From a virus (taxonomy: Duplodnaviria; Caudoviricetes): a stretch of 30,098 nt of DNA. Positions 9,022-18,249 of this stretch are shown here, piece by piece (within the stretch, counting starts at the first letter, position 1; each line of letters begins with the position of its first letter). A model generated the notes under the pieces. That model had not been told where the DNA came from, ran no database searches, and saw only the letters and a program-made list of their open reading frames with translations. The DNA lies in the IMG/VR virus record IMGVR_UViG_3300025164_000436, positions 1-30,098 of that record. One strand, 5' to 3'. A program made the position numbers and the translations under genes.

Positions 9022-9522
9022 ATGGGCTTCATGATCGCAGGGCTCATTGTTGGTGTCATTGGCACGGCAATTTCAACGCTCGCGGCTTATCGTCAGGCTC
9101 AGGCACAGCAAGCTGCCGCGCGAGCTGAGGCGCAATATCGTGAACAAGAAGCTGAATCGCTTCGACAGAGCGCTGCTTACGAGGAACGACAGTACAGAAA
9201 GCGCGTTGCAGCTCTATTAGGTAAACAAAGTGCGATCATGGCCGCAACAGGACTTGACCCCAGTAGCGGTAGCCCTCTCATGCTGGAATTGGATAGTGTA
9301 CGAGAAGCGGAGCTCGAGGCCCTCAATATTCGTCGAACAGGCGCAATAGGTGCTACGGGCAAACTACATGAGGCACGTTTGGCTCGACTGAGCGCAAGCT
9401 ACGCGGGTGGCCAAAAGAATCTGGCCCTTACTGGTGGTCTTGCCGAGATGGGGGGCTCAATTCTGTCTGGTTGGGCTCAGTATAAGAAGCCAAAATCTCT
9501 AACAATGTGGCCAGGGACATAA
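9022..9522 (+). CDS. Internal virion/ejection protein (T7 gp14-like)
   Basis: AGGAG SD; hydrophobic Gly/Ala N-terminus, Gln/Ala coiled coil and AATGLDPSSGSPL motif; synteny with the tail genes. Confidence 0.7.
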   Translation: MGFMIAGLIVGVIGTAISTLAAYRQAQAQQAAARAEAQYREQEAESLRQSAAYEERQYRKRVAALLGKQSAIMAATGLDPSSGSPLMLELDSVREAELEALNIRRTGAIGATGKLHEARLARLSASYAGGQKNLALTGGLAEMGGSILSGWAQYKKPKSLTMWPGT

Positions 9523-9524
9523 CA

Positions 9525-11120
9525 ATGCCGCAAGTGCCGACGATCTCCACCGAACGCCCTGCGGGTGTTCTACGTCTACCTCAACGCGTGCCTGTTCCAG
9601 ATTATTCTGGTGCGGCTCAGGTGGGTGTGCGCTTTGGCCGTTTTGGTGAACAGTTAACTCAGATCGGACAACGACTTCGAGATCTACAAAACAAACTCGA
9701 TACGGCTGACCTTATTGGTCAGTATGAGGGGAGGGTCCAAGAGTTTTCGGCAGAGGTTCGGACCTCTGTCGAAGACCCCCTCGAGTGGAGCAAGGAATTC
9801 TCGAAAAAGATCAAGAACTTTGAGAGTACGTTGTTAACACAAGCCAAAAACACAGAGGTCTCGGCTGCTGTTCGTCAACACATTTCAAGGAATCTCCCGA
9901 CTACAATCTACAAAGTTCATGCCGGGGGCCTTGAGCACATGATCAAGAAACAAATGGCGGCACTTTATGAGTCTCGTGACGCGATCAGTCGCGCCGCGGC
10001 GCTTGAAGAGTCGCCTGAAGAACGCGAAGAATGGGACAAGATGTACAAAGGGTTGGTGGATACTGCCGAGAAAGATGGCATTCTTGATCCAGTAGAGGCC
10101 CAAAAAGAGCGTGAACGTTATCGGGAGAAAAGTGCACTAGACCAAATGGAAGTTCTCAGGACTACTAATCCTGATAAACTCTTTGAGCTTGACGCACAAG
10201 GTGCATTTACCGCAGTTGATCCGGTAAAACGCGCAGCAATTATGGACCGTACGGCGCGTGAACGTGATGCACGTCTTGTTAAGGCTCAAGCGGAGCTTGA
10301 TAAAGCAACTAAAGTGTGGGTGGAGAGCATCGAGCGTGAGACTGAGGCTCACATTGCCAAACGTACACTCACACAGGAATGGATCGAGGAATATCGTTAT
10401 GCCTTTACGGGTGAGAAGCTTGCGGCATACGGGGTGGCTCTGAGAAATCAGACTTTAGGCATCAAGGGTGGCGATCCTAATGTCGAGGCACGTTTTCTAC
10501 CATACGTGACAGACCCACGAGAAGACCCACGAAAAGCCTTGGATCGTTTGACCTCGTTGTTCGCGCGGGGCTTGGTTGGTTATGATTTCTATGGTACGCA
10601 CGCACCGTATCTTCGAGCAAAAATTGACCAAGCTCGAACAGAGCGTCGCACCGAGGAAAACGAACAGGCCACACGGGAGCGTGAACTTGTTCGCGCACGA
10701 AGCGGCGCTGTTCTCGAGAACGCAAATATCGCGTTCAAGACGGTGGGCATTCTCGATCTTGACTCGATCGCATCAGAGGCTCTGGTGCAATATCGACAAG
10801 AATTCATCTCTCGTGAACGTTCCTATGGGGGTGCAGAGGACGCGGTGGCTCTGGAACGAGAGTTGCTGCCGAAGTACATTGTACAAGTAGAGACGCGTGC
10901 TGAGTCTCGTGTGCGTATGCGCGAGGAGTTGCTTGGCCCAATCAAAGATATTGCAAGTTTGAAGGCCGCTCAAAGTACGATGAGTCCCACCGAATACGAG
11001 CGTAAGGCGCTTATGCTCCGAGAACTCTATAAAATACGTGATGAGCGAACCCGTTTGATGACTATTCGTAATGCTGTTGAGGGGAAGAAATCGCCTGAGA
11101 CCAAGGGTAGGGGGCAATAA
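9525..11120 (+). CDS. Internal virion/ejection protein (T7 gp15-like position)
   Basis: Start moved to ATG at 9525 (MPQVPT); long, charged, helical protein between the gp14-like and gp16-like genes. Confidence 0.6.
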   Translation: MPQVPTISTERPAGVLRLPQRVPVPDYSGAAQVGVRFGRFGEQLTQIGQRLRDLQNKLDTADLIGQYEGRVQEFSAEVRTSVEDPLEWSKEFSKKIKNFESTLLTQAKNTEVSAAVRQHISRNLPTTIYKVHAGGLEHMIKKQMAALYESRDAISRAAALEESPEEREEWDKMYKGLVDTAEKDGILDPVEAQKERERYREKSALDQMEVLRTTNPDKLFELDAQGAFTAVDPVKRAAIMDRTARERDARLVKAQAELDKATKVWVESIERETEAHIAKRTLTQEWIEEYRYAFTGEKLAAYGVALRNQTLGIKGGDPNVEARFLPYVTDPREDPRKALDRLTSLFARGLVGYDFYGTHAPYLRAKIDQARTERRTEENEQATRERELVRARSGAVLENANIAFKTVGILDLDSIASEALVQYRQEFISRERSYGGAEDAVALERELLPKYIVQVETRAESRVRMREELLGPIKDIASLKAAQSTMSPTEYERKALMLRELYKIRDERTRLMTIRNAVEGKKSPETKGRGQ

Positions 11121-14100
11121 TGGGTGAGCTAGAATACCGCACATGGCTTCGGGTTGTTCAGAAAAAAGAGATAGACGATTTTCTGAATACGCCAGATCCG
11201 TATCCTGTCACAGAAGCGTTACCGACAAAACCTTCAGCGGGTGAAGCCCTGACTGAGAAGCCGGGTGTCATTAGTACTGGCGTGAAGACAGCTGGGGAGT
11301 TGGGCGGTGCGGCTTTTAAGCATTTCACGCAGGGCCTTATGCGTGTCGCCCAAAGTACGACCGATCCTGTACGATCAGGTACTGAATCACTTTCGGGCGC
11401 TGGTGAGGTAATGCTCGGTGGTCTTACTTTGATGATGGCCCTCCCAATGGGTATCGGCGCAGCCGCGAAACGTGCAATGGAACGATACACTCCCGGACTT
11501 GAAAAAGCTGTTGCCCTGCCTAGTGAGGTCGCTGTTGGTGCGCGGACAGCTCTTGGCGCGCCGAGTTTCGGGTTAGATCCACAAATGCGAAAACTACTCT
11601 TTTCCAATCCTGTGGACCTGGCACCCGAAGAAAATGCGGCGCGCGAAGAAATAGTCCGACAATTGTACGAGCCCATGACCTACGGCGAGTTGTTTGAGAT
11701 AGCCGTAATGTTTGCGGCTCCAGGGTTGGTTACAAAAACTATGCGGGGTCGTCGTAGTGCGGCAGAACCGCCACTACCCGAACCGCTAAAGGTTCAAGGT
11801 GCAACAGAGTCAATGAGAGTTGTACCGACCACACAACAGACCATCTCGGCAGAAGCAATGGCAGAACGCCTTGGACGCATTGCCGAGGAGTTACACCCTA
11901 CCGAGGTCGGGAAAACTCCGCAGGGGGGCGCTGCGGCCCCCATAAAGCCTCCTGAGGGGCCGCTCAAGAGTGCCGCCATTGTTGGTGAGGAACGCGCCTC
12001 ATATCTTATGCAACTTCGTGATGCGATTGACCTAGCAATGCGTCGTGCAGAAGAGATCCTCAAAGAAGAGGCGGCACAAGCTCTGGAGGGTGCGAAATGG
12101 CTCCGTGAAGAGCCGAGGCCAACAGAAGTCGTCAAGCCCGGCGAGCTTGGTGCGACAGGGCCTATTGAGATTGTTGAGCCTATTAAGGCGCGTGAAGCAC
12201 CTGTCGAGGCACCAGTTGAAGTACCAAAACCTTTCGAGCAGGAGCTCTCTGTAATCCAACGAACGCTCAAAGTCAATCGTGGCCCTCACGGTCCTGTAGA
12301 GATTCTTTTCCCTGACGAAGCTCACGCAAATCTCTATCAGGCTCCCGGGCGCGAACGTATGAAAGCGAAGGGGATAGAGACTGATCCCGGTTGGGGCGCG
12401 ATTGCAGATATCTTTGGTGTTGATCTTCCAACAGCCGCGAAGATGGCTTTCGAATATCGAAAAGTTGTAAATGAAGCAACACGCACGTTAGAAAAAGATG
12501 CGAAGTTCGAGGCACCGCGTGTCGAAATGCCAAAGATAGAGCCGAAAGAGGCGGTCCCGGAAGTACCCATAAAGAAGGGAAAACGATACAAAACGCAAAG
12601 AGAGAGTGTGCTCGAAAGACTTGCAAAAGTGGGGAAAGAGACAATTGAAACCGCTAAGGGAGAGGGAGGCGAGGTTGGTCGTGTTGACCTTGGAATGCTC
12701 GCTCGCATGTCTGTCGGTGCCGCTATTGGCGGTACTCAGGGCGATACGCCTGAGGAACGGGTAGCGTTTGCACTGGGGGGTCTCTTCCTTGGTGCGGCCT
12801 CGAAAAAGATCGCGCAGCGCCTTGTCACTGCCTTTAGGCAGGACCCAAAGATCGCACCTTTGCTCGACACACAAAATCCGAAAGTACCGAGCGCGCCGCG
12901 TGATGCAACAGTTGCGACACGAGCTCTCATCGAGGGCACAGGGGAGCGGGCGCTTGTCGATAAAATTCTCACTCTTGAGGAAACTGACGTACTTACAGCA
13001 GCAGAGCTTAAAGGTGGCAAGCAAATCGAAATGGGTTTGTGGGAGCGAGTCCGTGATCTAAGTGAGCGTCTTAGGGCGGACGAAACGATTCCTGAAGGCA
13101 CGCTTCGTGAAACACTCGCACTTGCACAAACGTTACACGATAACCTGACTCACGTGAGTCGTAGGATGGGTGCCATATCTGGTCGTGGTCTTGAGCGTGT
13201 GCACGCAGCGACCGCACGAATCAAAAAGCTCGCAAAAGAATGGGACCCTACCACGAGTGAGAAGGACATTGCCGAGATGCTGCTCGCTTCTAAGAGTATC
13301 GAGGAGGTGGGGCTTGCAACGCGTCTCTATTTCGCCTCGGGAGAAGCCCTTACAGAGACGATGTATGGTAGTATGCTCTTTGGCAAGGCCCTTGTGAAAA
13401 ATGCTGTGGGCAATGCTGTTATGTTGCCCGTCTCAGTTCTTGATAGGAGTCTTGCCTCTCTGGGATTCTGGAACCCAAACCGACCAATGCTGTCTGAGGG
13501 TCCGATGGGCGTAGCGGCAATGGCGGAAGGCATACTTGAGCAAATTCGTTTGTTGAATAAGTGGACTGCCCTTGGCGAACAGGCAACGCAAATGGGCTCG
13601 ACGCATATTGAGATTATGCCCCGTGGCTTCGAGGCTCTTGCTGATATCACGAGTGCCGTACCAGCACTCTCGAAAGGTTTTGACTTCCTTCACAAAGCCT
13701 ATGGTCTTGCTCCCGAGATCATGATGCGTACAGATGGCATGGCGAAAGCCGTACATAGTCGTATGGCAATTCAGTGGGAGTCAATGCAACAAGCACGTGC
13801 TGAGGGATTCACAGGTGAGCCTTACTGGAATCGCGTAGCTAATCTTGTTCGTGACTATAGCCAACTCCCGCCAGAAGCACGTGTGCGTATCAGAGAACAT
13901 AGAGATAACATGACATTTACGCGTCAGCTTGAAAGTGGGATTCTTGCCGCTCTCCAGGCGGGGCCCACAGACCCGTGGCTAAATCTGGGTTATCGCTTGT
14001 TTGTACTTCCATTTGTCCGCACACCTGTGCGTCTCATGGACATTGGCGCATCATACACCCCTGGATTGAATCTACTCTCAGCAACGCTCAGACGAGACTG

Positions 14101-15259
14101 GGCCGCTGGTGGAACAACACGTGCGGTAGCCGAAGCGCGCCTTGCTACAGGCACAATGGTAATTGGTAGTTTTGTGTGGCTCGCGATGCAGGGACTCGCC
14201 ACTGGTAGCATGCCTGATGAACACCCCGAGCGCCTTGTACTTGAACAGACTGGACGTCCACCGCAATCTTTCTGGGACCCCTTGATGGAGAAGTGGCGTT
14301 CTTACAAAGGTATGGAGCCCCTAACACAATGGATCTCAACAGGCACCGACCTTGCTTATCTTCTTGGGCAACTGCCTGAGTATGACGCCGAGCGTTTGTT
14401 GACAGCAGGGTCTCTCGCCATTAGCAACAACATCAACATTACACAATTCATGCAAGCCGTAAGTGAGTTTGCTAGTGTAGCGAAGGAAGGGCGTACGGAC
14501 TCTCAGTATGAGAAATCTCTGGAATTCATCCGACGACGTCTTACGGTGTTTATGCCCGCGGCGGTTAAGGAACTGACAAGTGCTGAGGGCGAACAGAAGA
14601 AAGTGCTTCTCACAAAGGAATTTGACGAAGACAAAAGCCCGAGCGCCGCGATTTTTCGCGAGTTCCGGGCTCTCATTGACTCATATAAGATGGGTTTTGG
14701 TACGGGGCCAGAGAGCACAATTAAGACACGGCGGAATATGTTCACCGGCACGCCACTTCTTAATGATGTGTGGCCATTCAACCCGTTCACCACAAAACCC
14801 GAGCAACCCGATCCGTGGGCAGCAGAAATTCTTCGTTTGAACGGTGCGGGGTTGGAGCCCCTAGATGAATGGCTTGGTAGGCCACAACCTGCGAACATCG
14901 GGATATCTGAAAGACCAACGGCGCCGGGCGTGCGCCTCGGAGCACCAGATTTGGATCGTCTTGAGGTTTTGATGACCCAAATTGTGAAGGATGCTCATGG
15001 CAAGTTGACGGATTCTTTGAATGCACTTGTCAAAAGTGATATTTACAAACGGCAAAGTGATGTGACGAAACAAGAAATGATCCAGGCGCGTTGGGCACAG
15101 TTTAGACAACGAGCTGAAGCACGACTAGAAATGGAGAGTGAGGTCCTTAAGACTGAACATAGAAGGAAGAGAATCAAGAGCGTGATCGAGAAGTTGCCGC
15201 CGAAGGGTACTACGCGGCAACGTCTTGAACGACAACTTTCTCCTGGGGCCGCCCCATGA
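11120..15259 (+). CDS. Large internal virion/ejection protein (T7 gp16-like position)
   Basis: 1379 aa; Pro/Glu-rich N-terminal half, Gly/Ala hydrophobic hairpins, C-terminal TFTRQL..LPFVRTPV..SYKGMEPL motifs typical of podovirus core proteins. Confidence 0.7.
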   Translation: MGELEYRTWLRVVQKKEIDDFLNTPDPYPVTEALPTKPSAGEALTEKPGVISTGVKTAGELGGAAFKHFTQGLMRVAQSTTDPVRSGTESLSGAGEVMLGGLTLMMALPMGIGAAAKRAMERYTPGLEKAVALPSEVAVGARTALGAPSFGLDPQMRKLLFSNPVDLAPEENAAREEIVRQLYEPMTYGELFEIAVMFAAPGLVTKTMRGRRSAAEPPLPEPLKVQGATESMRVVPTTQQTISAEAMAERLGRIAEELHPTEVGKTPQGGAAAPIKPPEGPLKSAAIVGEERASYLMQLRDAIDLAMRRAEEILKEEAAQALEGAKWLREEPRPTEVVKPGELGATGPIEIVEPIKAREAPVEAPVEVPKPFEQELSVIQRTLKVNRGPHGPVEILFPDEAHANLYQAPGRERMKAKGIETDPGWGAIADIFGVDLPTAAKMAFEYRKVVNEATRTLEKDAKFEAPRVEMPKIEPKEAVPEVPIKKGKRYKTQRESVLERLAKVGKETIETAKGEGGEVGRVDLGMLARMSVGAAIGGTQGDTPEERVAFALGGLFLGAASKKIAQRLVTAFRQDPKIAPLLDTQNPKVPSAPRDATVATRALIEGTGERALVDKILTLEETDVLTAAELKGGKQIEMGLWERVRDLSERLRADETIPEGTLRETLALAQTLHDNLTHVSRRMGAISGRGLERVHAATARIKKLAKEWDPTTSEKDIAEMLLASKSIEEVGLATRLYFASGEALTETMYGSMLFGKALVKNAVGNAVMLPVSVLDRSLASLGFWNPNRPMLSEGPMGVAAMAEGILEQIRLLNKWTALGEQATQMGSTHIEIMPRGFEALADITSAVPALSKGFDFLHKAYGLAPEIMMRTDGMAKAVHSRMAIQWESMQQARAEGFTGEPYWNRVANLVRDYSQLPPEARVRIREHRDNMTFTRQLESGILAALQAGPTDPWLNLGYRLFVLPFVRTPVRLMDIGASYTPGLNLLSATLRRDWAAGGTTRAVAEARLATGTMVIGSFVWLAMQGLATGSMPDEHPERLVLEQTGRPPQSFWDPLMEKWRSYKGMEPLTQWISTGTDLAYLLGQLPEYDAERLLTAGSLAISNNINITQFMQAVSEFASVAKEGRTDSQYEKSLEFIRRRLTVFMPAAVKELTSAEGEQKKVLLTKEFDEDKSPSAAIFREFRALIDSYKMGFGTGPESTIKTRRNMFTGTPLLNDVWPFNPFTTKPEQPDPWAAEILRLNGAGLEPLDEWLGRPQPANIGISERPTAPGVRLGAPDLDRLEVLMTQIVKDAHGKLTDSLNALVKSDIYKRQSDVTKQEMIQARWAQFRQRAEARLEMESEVLKTEHRRKRIKSVIEKLPPKGTTRQRLERQLSPGAAP

Positions 15260-15627
15260 GCAGATATTTTAAATCTGAAGAGTTCACATGTAAGTGTAAG
15301 CGCGTTGAATGTGACGCTATGACAGTGGTCCATCTTGAACTACTCGACAGACTAGATATTCTTCGTGACTTGTTGAAAGTACCGCTCATCATAACGTCGG
15401 GTTTACGGTGTGCGTTTTGGAATGACCACGAAGGGGGTATTAAGGACAGCGAGCATCTTGCAGGTGAGGCAGTAGATGTCGCTTGCGGCACAAGTGGGGA
15501 ACGTTGGCGTATGATCAAATACGCGCCGCGTGCTGGTTTTCACCGAATGGGCGTTGGTAAGACGTTTGTACATTTGGACATCTCACCAACGAAGATGCAA
15601 AATGTTGTATGGTTATATGGGGGGTGA
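15256..15627 (+). CDS. Endolysin, peptidase M15A family
   Basis: YFKSEEFTCKC, ITSGLRC, SEHLAGEAVD (H and D zinc ligands) and FVHLD. Confidence 0.9.
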   Translation: MSRYFKSEEFTCKCKRVECDAMTVVHLELLDRLDILRDLLKVPLIITSGLRCAFWNDHEGGIKDSEHLAGEAVDVACGTSGERWRMIKYAPRAGFHRMGVGKTFVHLDISPTKMQNVVWLYGG

Positions 15628-15629
15628 AC

Positions 15630-15866
15630 ATGTTGCCAATCAGTGTAGTAGAGATAACCGTTCCAGCATTCACACGCGCCGCGGTCACACTGATTTTTGC
15701 TGTAGCTTTCTCGATAGGCTTCTTTCGGGGCCTTATCGATGGTGGGAACTTCACCACTGTCGTAGGCATGGTGATGGCTTTCTGGTTTGGCTCACGTTCC
15801 GAGGTACGTCGTGCTACCGACACAGGAGGAACCAATGCGTCTTCTAATAATTCTCCTAACAAGTAG
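15630..15866 (+). CDS. Putative holin (two TM segments)
   Basis: 78 aa; two hydrophobic helices ending in AFWFGSR, then a polar tail; follows the endolysin. Confidence 0.6.
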   Translation: MLPISVVEITVPAFTRAAVTLIFAVAFSIGFFRGLIDGGNFTTVVGMVMAFWFGSRSEVRRATDTGGTNASSNNSPNK

Positions 15867-16098
15867 CATTCTTTCAGGTTGTGTTTCACTACCCATAGAC
15901 CCTTCGAAGATGTCAGCTGAACAAATCAAAGAGTGGGTGAAAGACAAGAGCATTGCAGCGACGTGTGCGACAATGAACACTCCGTATGGTAGGGGCATTG
16001 TTGTCCACGTTGGCGTAGATAAGAGCGTAATGATCGCTGGCACGGTTACGGTAGATGATCAGTGTAAAGTGGTGATCCAAAACGCTCCCCCAAAGTAA
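15835..16098 (+). CDS. Lipoprotein (o-spanin-like position)
   Basis: AGGAGG SD; signal peptide MRLLIILLTSSI with lipobox LSG-C. Confidence 0.75.
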   Translation: MRLLIILLTSSILSGCVSLPIDPSKMSAEQIKEWVKDKSIAATCATMNTPYGRGIVVHVGVDKSVMIAGTVTVDDQCKVVIQNAPPK

Positions 16099-17289
16099 TT
16101 ATTCTTTGAGGAGCTCATCTTTCGATAATTTGTAGAAGACGTTATTTCCCGTAACTCGCGTCGTGATCGTTCCTTCGTGCTCGAGAGAGTTCTCGAGCAC
16201 GAGGATCTCTTCCAGCGGTAGCACCATCATCTTCAGAGCCTGGCGACGCATACCTACGCCTCCCTGACGTCTTAACATGTCAATAAACTTGGCTCTGTTC
16301 TGGGCGTAAGTAGAGGAAGCCGCCCAATTCATGACATGGGAGAATTCTGGTATTTGTCGCTCGACGTATTCGATCCCACGCTTCATTTGGTCAAGCGTTA
16401 CGATAAGCGTGTCGCCTGCGGCAAGTGCGAAAATTGTGGCTAACTTTAGAGTAGTGTCATGGCATCGTTCATTGAAAGCGTCGATACGCGGGTCTTCGAT
16501 CTTTGTGTCTGCGCGGCCAACGTACCAATCCTTGAAAAACGCACGTGCGTCTGCTGTTGGTACAATCTCACCTCGAAGTTGGCTAATTTCAAATAAATCT
16601 TCTACGAGCGTCTCGTAGAGTTCCTGCTCATGTTCTCCTGGTTGTGGCCACGCTACTACATGGCGTCTGTCTCTGGCGGTTACGAAAATTAGTCTTCCAA
16701 TGAGGCCCGCAACGGCCTCCTCTGGTAGAACCTTCAAATTCCGGGGATCGGTTGCTGCGAGTAGTGTTGGATATAGATTTCTTAATAGTATTTGCCCCTC
16801 CGAGGCGAGTGTGTGCATGTGCTCTCTTTGCGAGCCGTAAATCTTAGTAAGTAGAATTGTCAATTTGGAGGCACGCTGTCGATCATACCCGAACAACTCT
16901 GCCAATTCGTCAGCGTGTATGAGAACATGACTGTCATATTGCACGCGCGCTTTGCCCACTTCATTCGTGTTGACCTTTACTCTGTTCATATGTTTCACAA
17001 GGCCCTCAGGTGTGAGTGTGCCTGTGATGTAATAAAGATCCGGAACCGCGGCGCGTACAAGGGTCATTCCGATGTCTATAGCTACAGACTTTCGAACACG
17101 GGCGCTCTCCGCCACAATCAGTACAAAAGTGTTTGGATAGAGCTTATAGTAACCTCGATCCATCCACACCTGTCTCTTGATTGCGGCGCTTATGAGTGAG
17201 ACGGCCACCCAAAAATGCAGCTTTTCTGGACTCTCTTGTTTCTGTGTATACTCAAGATACGCGTCAATCCAATTGTCGAGTTTTCGCAT
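16099..17289 (-). CDS. DUF3987-like P-loop ATPase, putative replicative helicase
   Basis: WIDAYLEYT..ESP..HFW, LYPNTFVLIVAESARVRKS (Walker A-like), TPEGL, IHADEL (Walker B), GLIGRLIFV; adjacent to PolA. Confidence 0.7.
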   Translation of the reverse strand: MRKLDNWIDAYLEYTQKQESPEKLHFWVAVSLISAAIKRQVWMDRGYYKLYPNTFVLIVAESARVRKSVAIDIGMTLVRAAVPDLYYITGTLTPEGLVKHMNRVKVNTNEVGKARVQYDSHVLIHADELAELFGYDRQRASKLTILLTKIYGSQREHMHTLASEGQILLRNLYPTLLAATDPRNLKVLPEEAVAGLIGRLIFVTARDRRHVVAWPQPGEHEQELYETLVEDLFEISQLRGEIVPTADARAFFKDWYVGRADTKIEDPRIDAFNERCHDTTLKLATIFALAAGDTLIVTLDQMKRGIEYVERQIPEFSHVMNWAASSTYAQNRAKFIDMLRRQGGVGMRRQALKMMVLPLEEILVLENSLEHEGTITTRVTGNNVFYKLSKDELLKE

Positions 17290-17294
17290 AAGGG

Positions 17295-18098
17295 CTAGTC
17301 CACATAGTAATCTTTTTGGTCACCCCAAGAGGGGCCAACCTTGAAGTCCATTGGGATGACAAGTTCTTCTCCCTTTATCATCAATGGATACTCGCCGATC
17401 TCTTTAATACGTCGCGCCGCATCCCTGATGAGTGTTGAATCGTCTGGGAGAGACACGCCAATATTATCGTGTAATTGTAATTGGACGTCCATACCCATCC
17501 GCCGAATATTTGTGGGTGTTAACAAGAGACTTTCTGGAAGTTCTTTCTTGAAGACCTCACAACACCTAACAAGAGTACGAATTGTTAGTAGGCCGATTGT
17601 CGATTGTGGATACCACGCATAGGCAGCACGCTCGAGCTCCGGGCCATAAATATCGTAGAAGGTGCGTTTCCAATCCCAGGGGTTCTGGAGTGTCCGATTT
17701 TGCTTGAGAGACTCTTTAATCCATCGGTGATAGTTACCGCGGATCTCTGGAAAGAGTTGGTGGTAAATATCCTGTACGAGACGCGCGTGCTTGAATGGAA
17801 GCCCAGTTATGTAACCGAATTTCTGGGGACCCATATCATAGTTGTTACCATGCACAGTATTCTTAGCGACCTGCCGTTCTGGGTCTTTCTTCACTAAATC
17901 CTCCCAGGGTTTACTCCAGAGGCCATGAGGCATCTGAAGTTTGTGCTCGTACACAGCACGACCTATGAGTTTGGCAACATTTAAGTGAATATCTTCACCT
18001 GTGCGAAACCATGTTCTCATGGGGGGGATTGGTCCTGCCCAGGCGACGACGCGAGCCTCAGCCTGTGAGTAGTCGGCGAAGAGAAAGACCATTTTCAT
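17295..18098 (-). CDS. polA: DNA polymerase family A, C-terminal catalytic part
   Basis: Motif A ADYSQAEAR, DIH, motif B RQVAKNTVHGNNY, PQST, motif C QLHD; own AGGA SD. Confidence 0.92.
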   Translation of the reverse strand: MKMVFLFADYSQAEARVVAWAGPIPPMRTWFRTGEDIHLNVAKLIGRAVYEHKLQMPHGLWSKPWEDLVKKDPERQVAKNTVHGNNYDMGPQKFGYITGLPFKHARLVQDIYHQLFPEIRGNYHRWIKESLKQNRTLQNPWDWKRTFYDIYGPELERAAYAWYPQSTIGLLTIRTLVRCCEVFKKELPESLLLTPTNIRRMGMDVQLQLHDNIGVSLPDDSTLIRDAARRIKEIGEYPLMIKGEELVIPMDFKVGPSWGDQKDYYVD

Positions 18099-18108
18099 GT
18101 TTCTCTTC

Positions 18109-18249
18109 CTAAAAGGTCACGCAGACTGTGAGAACTGCTGCTGCGAGCCAATAGATTGACAAACGCCAGTTACCATCTAGGCCATACACAAACGCCGCGC
18201 AAAGATCCAGAACAATCAAAATCGAAGGGAAGATTTGAGAGCGTGTCAT
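18109..18249 (-). CDS. 46-aa two-helix membrane protein inside the split polA locus (not in the ORF track)
   Basis: Hand translation MTRSQIFPSILIVLDLCAAFVYGLDGNWRLSIYWLAAAVLTVCVTF*; ATG overlaps the upstream TGA (ATGA) and the ORF fills the gap. Confidence 0.75.
   Translation of the reverse strand: MTRSQIFPSILIVLDLCAAFVYGLDGNWRLSIYWLAAAVLTVCVTF

Noticed and set aside
18099-18245. Group I/II intron, intein or ribosomal bypass joining the PolA halves
   Set aside because: The gap is short, lacks recognisable intron core or intein termini, and is filled by an intact ORF; the Ala codon that could serve as an in-frame landing site is followed by TGA
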